From assembly GCF_009914755.1 (NCBI RefSeq), contig NC_060934.1: a DNA stretch of 64,000 bases. The stretch is one strand, 5' to 3'. A program made the translations under genes and the position numbers. Shown one piece after another: positions 44,742 to 59,037 of the stretch. Below the pieces are notes generated by a model, which saw only the letters and a list, made by a program, of their open reading frames with translations, did not search any database and was not told where the DNA came from. Each line of letters begins with the position of its first letter. Position 1 is the stretch's first letter. The stretch is from the human T2T-CHM13v2.0 reference genome, Homo sapiens.

Positions 44742-46784
44742 TACTATATTTTAACCATTCTACCAATGCAGTGGTTGTTTAAAAGATTCTCCCTACTAAT
44801 GGCTTTGTAATTGTTAAATACAGTGGCTGTTTTCCATCTTGGTATCCGACTTGCTGTCCCTGTAACATCTGACACTTCTGATGACCTCTTGACCCCGCCC
44901 CTCCTGCTCAACAATGCTCTATTCCCAAGGCACCCACCATGCTGCCTGCCCTCCCACCCTTCAAAGTTCTTTCTCGGTTCCTTCAACCAGCTTCTCCCCC
45001 ACAGGCAGCCTCTTATATTTGGGACTTTCCAGGCTTCCATCCTTAACAGTTGCTTTAATTGTTTTTTCCATATTCACTGAGCACTCCCGAACATTACATA
45101 TTATTCTTTTTGCTGATGACTTCCAAATCTCTCCAATCACTCTCCAGAATTCCAAATGTGAATTTCAAATTGCCTACAGTGCAGGCCAACCTGTGGGCCT
45201 TACAGGCACTACAAACTCAATTTGTCCAGAATGAACTTAATGATTGCCCTTTTTGCGTTTTAGTCCCCCTCCCATCCATCACACCGCTAGGCTTGCCCCT
45301 CCTCCTGGGGCAACTGGAATGGTTTTTGTAAAAGCATAAATCGGATACAATGATTCTTTTGCATTTGGTATGCGGGTCTCTGCCTGCAGTCCACATGGCT
45401 ACTCCTGTGTACCCTTCAGATCTTGGCTCAAAGGTCACCGCAGAGAGGCTGCCCTGACCACCTGAGCAAAAGCATCACTCCCCCCTTCTCCTCCAATTAC
45501 CCTCTATCCTGTTACCCTCCTCCTATTGCACATATCTCTATTTGAAATTTTCTCTATTTGTTTACACACTGCTTGCCTATGTCTTCTCTAGAACGCAAGC
45601 TCATGAAGACAAGGCCTTTGTCTTTTGCACCCCAGAGCCTACAGCACCTCCTACAACCCAGCAGGACAATAAACGTGTGGAATGAATAAATCAACTCCTC
45701 ATCCTTTCAGAAGGAAAGGTCCTGCTGTTAAATTAAGCACTGAGCCCCACATTTCAACCTGACCCTTCTGTCTGAATGTGACACGTTTCCCTCCCCAGCC
45801 CACTTACTTTAGTTCAGGCCATTCATATTCATAAACAGATTATCTGTGAATGACAAGCTGATCCCTGGAAAGAGATGGCAAGTTAGCCCCACCCACCATC
45901 CTCACCACCATTGAGTTTCACACTGAACCTGACACAAGTTATAACCACCACCTTCTAGGAAAACCACTTCTCAGGGAGCAGGGAGGACGTGGCCACAAGG
46001 TCAAGAACGGGTTGGATCCTAGCACACTGAGAGATGGGTACCCTCTGGCTGACACCGTCAGGATTCTCAGGGTTAATGAGGCTCAGTTCTGGGAAACCAG
46101 CACCCCACACCCTCCCATCCGGACACACTGCTAGATATTTTACATGCATCCTCCCAATTGGCTCCAGAGCCCAGCTTGCTGTTGCTCCCTTTTACAGACA
46201 AGCCATAGGTCACTCAGGAGCCGCCAGCGTGTCCTAGAGCTCCTGCAGAGGCCTCCACTGCCAGAGAGCCCCCAACCTGGGTACCAAAGGCTTCAAATCT
46301 CAAGCTCTGTCCACTTGAGCTACTTTATTTCCTAGCTGCCTTCAAAACCCCTCAGTGTGCTTTTTAAAAACAAAACTTGAAGCCCGCCCTGGAGGAGTCA
46401 AGAGGAGGCCCAGGAAGAAGGAGGCCTCCAGAGCAGCACGCGGGGGTCTCTGGGGCCCTGCCGGGCTCGCAGAAGCGGCTCCCCGTGGCTCGCGGGGATG
46501 GGGACGGCTGGGCGCCGGCGGGACGCTGCAGGAGCGAGCTACCGGCCGGAGGACACGGGGGGACGCTGGGAACTCGGGGTGAAGGGACGGGACTCAGAGT
46601 TTCGTCAGATTGGGGGCGGGGAGAGGAGGCCCGGGTCCGAGGATGGAAGCGATCCCCGCCGGGAGGGAGAACAAAGCGGTGGCCCTCTCTCTCCCCCGAC
46701 GCACGGCAAGCATTTAATCTACAAGCAGGGTGCCAGGGAGGGAGGGGAGCGGGCCGAGCCCCAAAATAGGGAGTTTGCATTTAC

Positions 46785-46832
46785 CACGACGCCTCGCCCG
46801 TAGTCTGGCGCCTCCTCGCTGCTCCCGGCCAT
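46785..46832 (-). CDS. PRTFDC1: PRTFDC1 coding exon 1 (MAGSSEEAPDYGRGVV)
   Basis: ATG at 46832-46830 in AACATGG context; 16 codons matching the recalled PRTFDC1 N-terminus; GTAAAT donor follows; lies inside a CpG island. Confidence 0.96.
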
Positions 46833-46899
46833 GTTTCTCCCGGGGAACGCGGGAAGGGAAGACGGCGCGGGAAGGAGCAGGGAGGGCGAAGGCTGCGTG

Positions 46900-46957
46900 G
46901 GGGATGGGACGTGGGGATGGGGACGGGGACGGGGACGGGGACGGGGACGGGGACGGG
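46900..46957 (+). repeat. (GGGGAC)n hexamer repeat in the promoter
   Basis: Six perfect GGGGAC units at 46919-46954, preceded by degenerate GGGGAT/GGGAC units. Confidence 0.95.
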
Positions 46958-47410
46958 TCCGCCCCGCCCCGGGCCCGCCGGCGGGAAGCAGCGGCCTGAC
47001 GCGGATCCATGGCCCCGGCGCTGCGCCCCCTCCCCTGGCTAGGCCGCGGGGGCGCGGGGAGCAGCTGCCAAGCCGCTACCGCTCCCCCTGAGCGCGGGCC
47101 CCGGACGCGTCCCTTGCGGCCGCCGCTGTCGCCGCCGCCCCCTGCCGGATGGTCGCGTGCAGCCCCCGGCCCCGCCGCCAAGCCCCGCGGGGACTCTGGA
47201 GCAGGAAGCCCGCGGCAGGAAGAGAACGTGTCCCCCAGGCCCCTGATTCCCAGATCCACCGTCCCAGCCCTCGGGCTAACAATCTCCTTGACTCCTCCCT
47301 GCCAGATTTCATGCACGCGATTGTCCCAAGCAGAAGCGTGAAAGAGCCTGTGAGCCAGCGTGCTCTTGGAGGATGGGAAGTGTCCTGGATGTGTTTTCAA
47401 ACCTTGGAGC

Positions 47411-47530
47411 CGCCACCCACCTCTCTCCACCTCCGCTCATCTCCCTCCACCTCCCCTCACCTCCCTCCACCTCCCCTCACCTCCCTCCATCTTCCTCCAC
47501 CTTTCTCCACCTTCCCCCACCTCCCTCATC
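47411..47530 (+). repeat. Pyrimidine-rich decamer minisatellite (CTCCCTCCAC-like, about 12 units)
   Basis: 10-bp periodicity is directly visible. Confidence 0.85.
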
Positions 47531-49217
47531 CCAGGGCCTGGAGCTGGAAAGATTACACCCGATTGCTTTTAGGGTGGCCCGGATCTGCAGTGATCAGATC
47601 TGGGCTTTGAGGATCCAGCCTTTCGGCCTTTCGTCAACTGCATTCAGGGGAGGAGGGGGAGAGATTTTTACACATTCTCTGCTTTACCAGTTTTGCAAGA
47701 ACATCTGGTCAGATTGTAATTGTTCCAGGTTGCAGCTTTACTAAAGCAATCGCTCTTTTCTGATTAGAAATCCTTCTTGTATGAGTCTGTTGTTCATTTC
47801 AACCCCTCTCACATGCCTATGCTCCGGTTCTTTGTCCACTCCTGTAGGTTCCTGCTTTTTCTGGGTGTGTCTTCATTCCCCAGGTCCCTGACATCTCACC
47901 AGCGTCTTCATTCACTCAGCCCAATTCGGGTCGAAGCCCTGAATCCAAGAGAACTTAACACAGTTTTCCTGATGCAGGCGTCTTTTGTTCATCTTCGAAT
48001 TCTGGCACACAGAGGGGAGAGGAATGCTGATTTTGCCTAGTTTAAAGGGGAAATAGTTATCAATCGGTTAATGACGTTCTAGGTTGGAAAAATATTAGTC
48101 ATTCAGACTTGGCGCCCTGGTCCTGCTCAGCAGGGCTGGCTCTTCATGTCGTTTCTAAGCGCCAGCGCCTTGGAGGGTGCAGCTCCAGAGATCCCTGAAA
48201 TCAGGCATCTGCTTGGCAACTGCCTTACAGAAATGGGGGGTGTTGTTTCTCAGCACACGGGTAAACATTTTCTCCTAGTAATTGTGAGAGGGCGTTGTTT
48301 TGAGCCATTTTTGTAGTCTGCATCTCACTTCTTTTCCCCAAAGTCAAGCACCATCTTTTATTTTCATTTTCAAAGACCAGGCCCAGGAACCATATTCACA
48401 AGCAACATCATTAAAATTTCCAGGAGCAGAAAAGTGCTATCATTAGGATGATGATCAAACTTTAGAGTTCACAAGACTCTCCTGGGGAGCTGGTTAATGC
48501 AGCTTCACTGGGTGGGGAAGATCTGTGGAAGCACCTAGAATCCTGTACCTGCTGAGAGACACCAGATGGGTGTGATGTGGGTGGCTCATGACCCATGCTT
48601 TAGGGGATTCCACTAGACCATCTTACTGCTTGGATATCAAAACTTAGCCATGAGGCTCAGTGTGGGTGCAGGGCCAGATTGGGGGGTACCAGGAACTTCA
48701 AAATATGTCACAGGAGTAGTTGCCATACAGAAGTCAAAAAGCATCAACTTTGGTTCCAGCCTAGACACTGCGGAAGATGTAAGGGAAATGGTAGATAAAT
48801 CTTCTTCCCTTAGAAAGGCTATTAGTTTAAACGTAAAATCCAACAAGTTCACAGTGAAAAATGTAACTTGCTTGAAAGACAACAGGAATCTTATGAATGT
48901 GTGCTCAAGAACATCCTACATAGACTTATATAGGTCATCCTATAAAGGGCACAGAATGATGAGTAAATAGTTTTTAAAAATCTAATTCATTTTATTATCT
49001 TTGTATATTTTGATAATACTTTGTGCGGTCTGATTACACTTCGATACTTTGGAGAGCATTAACATAATACAAAATAATACTTGATAACCCAAATAGTATT
49101 TGCAAAGACCGGTATCCAGAAATAACAGCTCATCTGTCCAAGGCTTTATTCTTAATCTTGCATTATGAGGATTTAGAGGCAAAAATTCTTTTTAAACCTC
49201 AAATTTCTGTTACATGT

Positions 49218-49602
49218 TGTATTAGTCTGTTCTCATATTGGTATAAAGAACTACCTTAGACCTGGATAATTTATGAAGAAAAGAGGTTTAATTGACTCAC
49301 AGTTCTGCAGGCTGTACAGAAAGCAAGGCTGGGAGGCCTCAGGAAATTTACAATCATGGCAGAAGGCAAAGGGGAAGCAAGCACGTCTTACCATGGCAGA
49401 GCAGGAGAGAGAGAGAGCAAGGGTGTAGTGCCACATACTTTTAAACCATCAGATCTTGTGAGAACTCACTCACTATAACGAGAACAATATGGGAGAAATC
49501 CACCCCCATGAGCCAATCACCTCCCACCAGATCCCTCCCCCAACACTGGGAATTACAATTCAACATGAGATTTGGGTGGGGACACAGAGCCAAACCATAT
49601 CA
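49218..49602 (-). mobile_element. THE1D/MSTA-like MaLR solo LTR
   Basis: TGTATTAGTCTGTTCTCA...CAGAGCCAAACCATATCA; perfect 5-bp TSD CATGT. Confidence 0.93.
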
Positions 49603-49920
49603 CATGTCTAGTGGAATAGCTTTGGACTAGGACCTCTATTTTTCTGTAACAATCCATGTTACTTTAGCCAATGAGTCTAAGCCAATTATATCAGTGTAAT
49701 ATACATCAATTTTCTCATCCATAAAATGGAGCCACCCATTTATTCTCTACTGCATATGATGATGAGATGAATGTGAGATAACATGCAAGAGAATTCTTTG
49801 CAAAATGCTATAAAACTGTAAGATATTATTAACCTGACATGCTGTAAAAATGTATGACCAAATGTTTGTAAAATTATTCCATGTGAAAATGACAAGGAAT
49901 TGTCTTTTAAGGTTGATGGG

Positions 49921-50263
<343 letters not shown>

Positions 50264-50379
50264 TTATAGTCCAGGGATAGTCTAGAGCTGGTATGAGAAT
50301 GAATACAGAAAAATGATAAAATTATTAAAATAATGAGATTTTTCATAAAAAGGGATATTTTAGCTCAGACTGTCCATTT

Positions 50380-50573
50380 CCTTTTCTTTTTTTTTCCTTT
50401 CCAACTTTTATTTGAGGTTTGGGGGTACACACGCAGGTTTGTTTGGGAAAATTGCATGTCGCAGGGGTTAGGTGTACAGATTATTTCATCACCCAGGTAA
50501 TAACCATAGCACCTGATACATAGTTTTTTGATCCTTACCCTCCTCCCGCCCTCCACCCTCAAGTAGGCCCTGG
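50380..50573 (-). mobile_element. Very short L1PA (about PA15-16) 3' end insertion
   Basis: 15-bp TSD TCAGACTGTCCATTT (50365-50379, 50574-50588). Confidence 0.88.
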
Positions 50574-51000
50574 TCAGACTGTCCATTTTCTAATATACCT
50601 TTGAAAGAGCTATAAGAATAAAGATGTGCATCTTTGCAAAGTTAATAACCAGTCAATATACTTGTATTTTTCTATCATTCTCTTTATTACATTTTAGCAG
50701 TAGTTTCTCTGCATTTTATTTATTTTTTTTTTTTGGTGTTTATATTGTGTTTACTTACTTTTTTTTTTAGTTTTATTTTTAACTGACACATAATAGTTAT
50801 ACATATTATCTATGGGGTACAGTGTGATATTCCACTACATGTATACATTGCATAATGATCAACTCAGGGTAATTAGCATACTCATCATCTCAAGCATTTT
50901 TCTTTTCTTTGTGGTGAGAACATTCAAAATTGTCTCTTCTAGCTGATTTGAAATATACAACACATTATTGTTAAATATATCATTCTGCTGTGCCATACAG

Positions 51001-51333
51001 CAGGTGTCCCCAACTACCGGGCTGCAAACTGGTACCAGCCTGTGGCCTGTTAGGAACTGAGCTGCACTGTAGGAGGTGAGTGTCAGCGAGCATTCCCACC
51101 TGAGCTCTGCCCCTGTCAGATCAGCAGCCGCATTCGATTCTCACAGGAGCACAAACCCTATGGTGAACCGCACATGGGAGGGATCTAGGTTGCATGCTCC
51201 TTCTGTGAACCTAACTAATGCCGGATGATCTGAGATGGAACAGTTTCATCCTGAAACCATCCCCCCTCAAAATCCGTGGAAAAATTGTCTTGCACAAAAC
51301 AGGTCTTTGGTGCCAAAAAGGTTGAGACTACTG
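51001..51333 (+). mobile_element. MER1B-like hAT-Charlie MITE
   Basis: CAGGTGTCCCCAAC...GGCCTGTTAGGAAC...GGTGCCAAAAAGGTTG. Confidence 0.85.
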
Positions 51334-51606
51334 CGTTAGTGTACCAGAACTTATTCCTCTCATCTAACTATAACCTAGTACCTACTAACCAACTTCTCCT
51401 ACTCCTGCCACTCCTCCCCACCTTTCACCTGACTCTGCTAACCAGTATTCTAGTCTCTACTTCTATGTGATCAACTTTTTAAAATTCCACATATAAGTGA
51501 GATCATGTCGTATTTGCCTTTTGTTTCTGGCTTTTCTTGCTTAACATAATGTCCTCCAGGTTCATCCATGTTGTTGCAAATGACAGGATTTCATTCTTTT
51601 TGTTGA

Positions 51607-52038
<432 letters not shown>

Positions 52039-52346
52039 TGAGTTGATTTTTGTATATGGTGAGAAAGAGGGGTCTAGTTTCATTCTTCCACATGTGGATA
52101 TTCAGTTTTCCCATCACCGTGATTCTCTGCATTTTAAATTCTGTAATCATCCTGTGCCACTACCATGGTGAAAACACAAATATTTATAATTCACTGAATT
52201 CTCTGCCAGCCTGGAGGCTTTTGTCCTGGAAGTATATACTAATTTTTTTTTGACATTTTGGTAATTGACTTTTGTCAATACAAATCTGTAATTGAAGGAA
52301 CAGTTCAGTCTATCCACTGAATTGTTCCTAGCCCGTCACTCAGTGA

Positions 52347-52426
52347 CACTAGATTGGAAATACAGAAAGGCATTTAATTCTTTCTGCACTAGACTGGAAA
52401 TACAGAAAGGCAGTTAATTCTTTCTG
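52347..52426 (+). repeat. 40-bp tandem duplication (38/40 identical)
   Basis: CACTAGA(T/C)TGGAAATACAGAAAGGCA(T/G)TTAATTCTTTCTG twice. Confidence 0.95.
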
Positions 52427-54636
52427 AGTCTTGAAACATGAAAGTAAATTAAAAAAAAAAACCTTTCAGTCTGGGAATTGTGTTGAAATCCATAAACATC
52501 TGAAACTTAGTGACTCAGATTGTTAGTCACAGAGTCACTGGTTAGAATCTGGATGAAATCCACTGTGGACAAAGGCCAGTAATAATGATGATGATATTTT
52601 GCTTTTCCATAGTGCCGAACAAAACTCTTTACAAATGTTACAAGTACAAAAGAAAGAGTAGCAAGACATTTTTTCTGCAAGTGCTCAGGCTAAGTAAGAC
52701 TCTTGCTAACTTTGAAGTAGTTTATTTTTCCCTCTACATAAATACAAAAGAAATGTAGTGGCAAATAATTGCAACAAAACCCAACTTAAGCAAAGGCCTC
52801 ATTAGTATTCAATTAGCATAGTAACCCGTCTTTCCCGGTCTCTTGTTTGAAGCAGACTGGATCCAATGTGTAGTCTTGGAGTAAAGAAAATAATATCTCC
52901 AGAGTAGGTCTTACAAATAAAGCCAAGGCTACACTCAATTGTGTTTTGTATTATTACACTTTCGTTAGTAATTCACCTTCCACTGAAGAACACACAGAGG
53001 GTAGATCTAAGTTTGTTCTCTTGCAATAATGTCAGACCTGAGGAATATCAGCAGTAAGCGCTGGGCAGTTTCAGAGATATCCTCCCACTATCTCCCCTTC
53101 TGACCGGAACAGGAATTGGATAGCTTCAGAGCAAAAGAATAATGTGTCCATGTGTTCCTCCAGATCTCTGAGTCCTGGCAGTCGACCTCAACTCTCTTGG
53201 CCACCATAAAGCAGTCATTGAAAGGACACAGCTGCAGGAACTAGGGACTAAGCAGTAAATAAATCCACAGGGCTGGAGGCAGAAGTTACGTACATGACCC
53301 TAAAACAATACTCTGTGGTTATGAACAAACTGATTAGCATCTGAGGGTCCTGTAGCAGCTTATGCAAAATTAATTGGTGCCTCAGCCAGTGCTGAGTTTC
53401 TAAAGGAAAGATGTCCACTTCAAAAACAAAAACAAAAAAAGGGGGGCCTCCTTAGTCAGCAGCAACTTTGCCTGGTGTCCTGGGGAGACGATCAGCTAGA
53501 ATGGGAATGGAGCTGTTTATTCTCTTAGCTGTACATGGATTCTCTTCAGATCAGAGCTGATGTATAACAGCCACTGGCAATATCCCAAGACATGATCCAG
53601 TGATTGCCAGGTTATGGGTTGCATCTTAGAGTTAAGGTGAGAGGAGCTTGGGAAAGAGGTTGAGAGATGTGGCTTGAGAGTGGGAGAGATGGAGAAAGTA
53701 AAAGAAATTGGACACTGATCTACATAGAGCAACACTTCCCTAATTGTGAGTTTGATCCACTTTATATTTGAAGAAAATGGCGTTTTGATTCATTAGGTTT
53801 GAGAAACAATTAAGTAAGCAAAGTTAAGCCAACTTCTATGTTGTAGGTCTTCTAGGAGTCTTTAGTACGCCAATATGCACTGCCAATATTCAGGAAGACT
53901 GTTGCAAAATGCAATGTAATGCAACGTTTCCCAAACTTTTTTTTTTTGTCTATGCAAACCTTTCTGGAAGGTGTTTTATAAGTGTTTTAAAAATATTGCA
54001 GTATTATGAAATGTTTAAATTTATGCTTTTAATGTTTTCTCCAAGTAAGAGGTTTTATATATTCTTAAAGATACACTAAAAGGACTAAATATTTTATATA
54101 TAACACTGTTTTCAAATTGTGCATAGATATTTTCTCTTCGTAAAAATATATAATAGGAATTTAAATGAAAATGGCTAAGGCCTTTCTCATCTTGTGAAAT
54201 ATCCTGGATTTGCAATTTGGGTTATCCTTCAGATTGACATGCAACTTGGTGTTTTCCTAGAAGACAAGGAACTTATTTCCATCTCCCTACCCCCACCTCC
54301 ATCCCCCACCCCCTTTCCCATTTTTGCCATTTTTCTCTCTCTCATGTGTGAACAAAATCAGCCTTCTGAATAGCAAGAGAGATGAAAGCCATCTCATTGC
54401 GGCAATTCCCTTTTGTCTCTCTCAGTGACCATGTGGTAGCTTGCAAAGGTAATTGTTTGTTTTTAGACATTGCCAGCATGTGGAATATCCCAGCGAACCA
54501 AGAAGCAGAGCTGGGATGTGGTATTAAAAGTCATACAAAGGTATGGGCATACTGGGCTCATGGTTCCTTTCAAGGAACTCTCCCAGTGGGAATCTATTGC
54601 AGCTCTCACATTAAGAGTCCTATGGGTTGCACTTGA

Positions 54637-55146
<510 letters not shown>

Positions 55147-56044
55147 ATTCCTTGTGTTTTCTAACTAGGCATCTCTTACCTACACTCCCTTCCTCAGTTG
55201 GGACTGTAGGATCCATGGCAAGTTGAACCTGACTCATAGAGGGTCAAATCTGCTATGTTTCAGCCATTCTGTTTATAACTTTTTAAAAGACAGTGCAAAG
55301 GTATTTTTCCATTTTAAATTAGTATGTACAAGTTGTTTTAAACTGGAAAATATAGAAAAACAGAAGTAAAATAGAAAACCGTGTTATATTTTGGTGCCTT
55401 CTTCCAGTTTTGTGATTCTGGAAAGTTTATCTTACCTAGTTGTGACTAAATGCACAGGCTGTAGTTCTGTTCCCTTCTTCTCTGCTTCACATTCTAAGTA
55501 AAATAAACATATAACACAAGTGTTTTTCCATAGTATAATAAACTCCTTATAAACATCATTTGAAATAGCAATGCCATCACTTATTTAACCATTCCCCAGT
55601 ATAAGTATACTACTTCCAAATTTTGATTGTATAAATATATAAATAAATGTGTTTGTAATAAACCATTTATATGCATTTTAACTATTTCTAGAGGATAAAC
55701 TCTCCAGAAATGGAATTTCTAAGTTAGAGAGTATAAATATTTTAAGGTTCTTGATATATATCTTGCTAAATTTAGCTTACAATATTAGTGTCTTTTTTTT
55801 TCAATGGAAGAATACAGTAAATCTTACAAGATTTTTCACTGAAAGTGAATTAAATTTTACTGTGAAAACACTTTGAGGTTCGAGGGAAAAGAATATTAGC
55901 TAACATATGTTAAAAGCGTAGTAATTGGAACTAATAAAAAAAGTCAGTTTGAATTTGTGATTCATTCTTTACTATACACTATTTTAAAACAATGTGGTTT
56001 TATCATTGTACTCCATAAAGTAATACCTAGACTAATGAAAAGTT

Positions 56045-56270
56045 TATGGTGCTGTGTTTCAGGGTTTTGGCTCCAACTCAGGCAGACTCAGCTTTAAAAC
56101 CAGACTCCACCACCTACCACCTGATTTTGACCGTGAGCAAGTTTCTTACTTTCTTTGCTTTATTTTTCGTATCTGTTCAATGGAGATCATGCCAGTTCCT
56201 GCTTCTTAGGGTTACTGTGAGGATTAAAGAAAATAATGTATACAGAGTGCTGAGTACCTAAGGAGTGCTC
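56045..56270 (+). mobile_element. MIR
   Basis: TGACCGTGAGCAAGTT...TGTGAGGATTAAA. Confidence 0.7.
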
Positions 56271-58255
56271 AAAACCTTTTACCCAATATTAAAATAGAAT
56301 TATTGTAGTGGAATTCCTGGTCAGTCAGAAGTTCTGTGTTATTAATGATGAACAGGTCAGTTAGCAGTTTTAAAAAATAAACCTACAATCTGTAAAAGCT
56401 TCATCATGTAGATGAGCTAACACGCTCCCATGAAATTATATTTATGTCTTGCGTTATCAACTCGTTCTATACATGTTATATCATATATTTATATGTGAGT
56501 ATGTAAAACAAAAGTAAATTACAAGAATATCTCTGTCTAGTTAGTATAAATAGTGATGGGTTCTGAATTAAGAGCCCCATTTTTTAAATTATTGCTTTAC
56601 TATTTTTATCTTACATTAGGAAGAAAATATTAGTCTGATTTGATGCCCTTAATGTTTGGAATATAAAGGACAACAACACACATTAACTTCAAAATCAATG
56701 AATATACTTAAAATAAGCTCTATAGCAAACATAACTACATCACTAAATCTCAATATTTATAGTTTATTTCTAAGGAACAAATGTAAATGGATCGAATTTT
56801 AAAAATCATTTAAACATTTTTCTAAGTGTCTGTAAAAAGGATTAGAAGAAGTGTAACATACATGTTGAAAGATTGTCCCTCAATGCAGAAGTGGGCATTG
56901 AATTTGGCACTTGGTTTGAAGCAGTTTTCTCTTTCCATAGCCATTGTATATGCCATTCGGTTACTGTGGTCAGTGGTTTTCTTGCCTTAGAACTCACTTT
57001 ACCTTAGATTCTCTTCTGCGTCTTAGCTCAGCAAAATGATCATGATCCTTCTGAACCTAAAGCTCAGGCCAACATTGTCATTATCTCAATTTGTCTCTTG
57101 GCTTGAGAAAGAACTTTCAGATTCTCTTCAGTTCATATCAAACACACAAAGCAAACAACCCTAAAAGTCACACACACAGGTGAGAACTTTTCAACACACT
57201 TTAAATTAAGGCAATTCAAAGAATAGGAGACTAGAAAAATCTAGTTTGCATGGTAAGGCCAGATGCTGAACCCAGAAATAATAATTTCTTTCTAATTCCA
57301 AGATTGATGTCACTGGCTTTCCATTCTCAGATTTCTCAGCATGTTCATTACAATCAGCCACAGAGTACAGCTGACACCTAGGTCACCTTTTCCAGAGAAT
57401 AAAGGGATGAGAGATGGGTGACTCAGACTTTTCTGTGGGTCTGGGTATTTTGCCAAAGCTTAAGCGATATAGACAGAATGCCTTAGCAATTGTGAAAGTC
57501 ATACCTGGACTCTGTACTCATTACCTTTCACCGTGTTAGTCAAGTCATATTACCTTTTGTATTCTGTTTTTCTGTGTGCAGTGTTACCTGTGACCTTTCT
57601 GTATTCTTTTTCGACATTTATTTTCTAAGTTTTAAAACTAGTCTGTGTTTCTGAGCTCTTGCTTTAGGCGTAGTTCTCAGGTTCAGACCAATTGCCTAAT
57701 CAACTGGGTTGATTTTTAAAAGTAGCAGACTTTTTAAAATGGCAAATATGAAGAATGGTTATTGAGGTTGTTATTATTCAGGAACCTCTTTCAGTTGGTT
57801 TGGGAAACCTGGAACGTACAGTTCTGATGATTTTTCTTATTCTTAGAGACATTACACATGTTCTAAAAGTTTTTTCCAAATCTCTTTCCATATTTTCTTT
57901 TTCTTCTTGCAAAAGACAAATAAAAAGAAAAATTTTGACATTAAAAGCAAACCATGAAAAATGATGTAAAACATCAGGCAACCAAAAATTCCCAAAAGCC
58001 CGTTTGCTTTTTCCTAGAGAAAAATAAAAACGGTAGAAATAATGATCTAAGAAACATTCCCCATTTCACACAGCACATTCTAGGAACGTCTGAAGATTAA
58101 TGGAGCATGCAGGAAAGGCTTCTCTATCCATTGTGAAAAGCTGTGGACAGCTCTGTCATGCTGTCATTCTCTAGGTTTGGGAGCTTAGAAGATTTTGCCA
58201 ACAGAAGTACCCAGGTTTGTAAAACGCCATGAATTTTACCTGGTTTTATAAAGAT

Positions 58256-58493
58256 CAGGGTTTCCCAATATTAGCAATATAGACACTTGGAGCTCCATGA
58301 TTCTTTGTGTGAAACTGTCCTGTGTATTGTAAACTGTTTAACAACATTCCTGGCTTCTTTTGCTCCTTAGAACCCAGTAGCACCCCCAATTGTAACCATC
58401 AACAATGTCTTCAGAAAGTGCCAAATGTCCATGGTGGCTGGGGGTAGAGGGTGATAGCCCAAACTCATCCCCTGCTATTCTTTAACATCACTG
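58256..58493. mobile_element. MER20-like hAT MITE
   Basis: CTGTCCTGTGTATTGTA, CCAGTAGCACCCCC, AATGTCTTCAGA..TGCCAAATGTCC. Confidence 0.75.
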
Positions 58494-59037
58494 CCCTAGA
58501 GTAACAGCCTTTATACTGACCTCAGCTGTTTCCTACTCTGTTTTTAGGAGGTAAATGAAAATGTTAGGCTCATAGCTGATAGACCCGTAGACAGTAGGTC
58601 TGTAGCTCTCATGAATATGGGAATAACGAGAGAAAAGTTTGTGTGTGTGGGTTCTTTCTTTCATGCTTCCTGGAATAAAAAACATAAACACAAAGAAAAT
58701 ATAAATTGTTTCAAACATAGAGAAACATAAGTTAAATGAAGCTCAGGTCAAAATGCAAAGCCAAAATTAGAGACCTGCACTTTCTTTTTAATATAAAATC
58801 AATCATTTCCATTTTCTCTTAGTCTTTCAAAATTGGAATTTGCAGTTTATAATATTAATAGACGTCCAAGATTCATTGATATTACTTCCATTTCATATAA
58901 AGGAAAATGACTCTTGGGAGACTAAGCAATGTACTTATGACTATCCACAGTAATGATATTTTAAATTCATGAGGCTTACAGCAGGATCCAGAAGTGAGCT
59001 TCCCTTCTTAGACCTGCCTTTGACATAAAACTGTCCA

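Larger units (their letters stand above)
46380..47340. promoter_or_regulatory. CpG island promoter of PRTFDC1 with GC boxes
   Basis: Very GC- and CpG-rich against a CpG-depleted background; CCGCCCCGCCCC at 46959-46970; spans exon 1; no obvious TATA box. Confidence 0.92.

Noticed and set aside
46364-47744. Many overlapping Gly/Arg/Pro-rich ORFs
   Set aside because: Expected stop-codon depletion in a CpG island and simple repeats; only the 16-codon exon 1 is supported
48637-48970. Non-repeat ORFs on both strands upstream of the gene
   Set aside because: No recognisable homology or splice context
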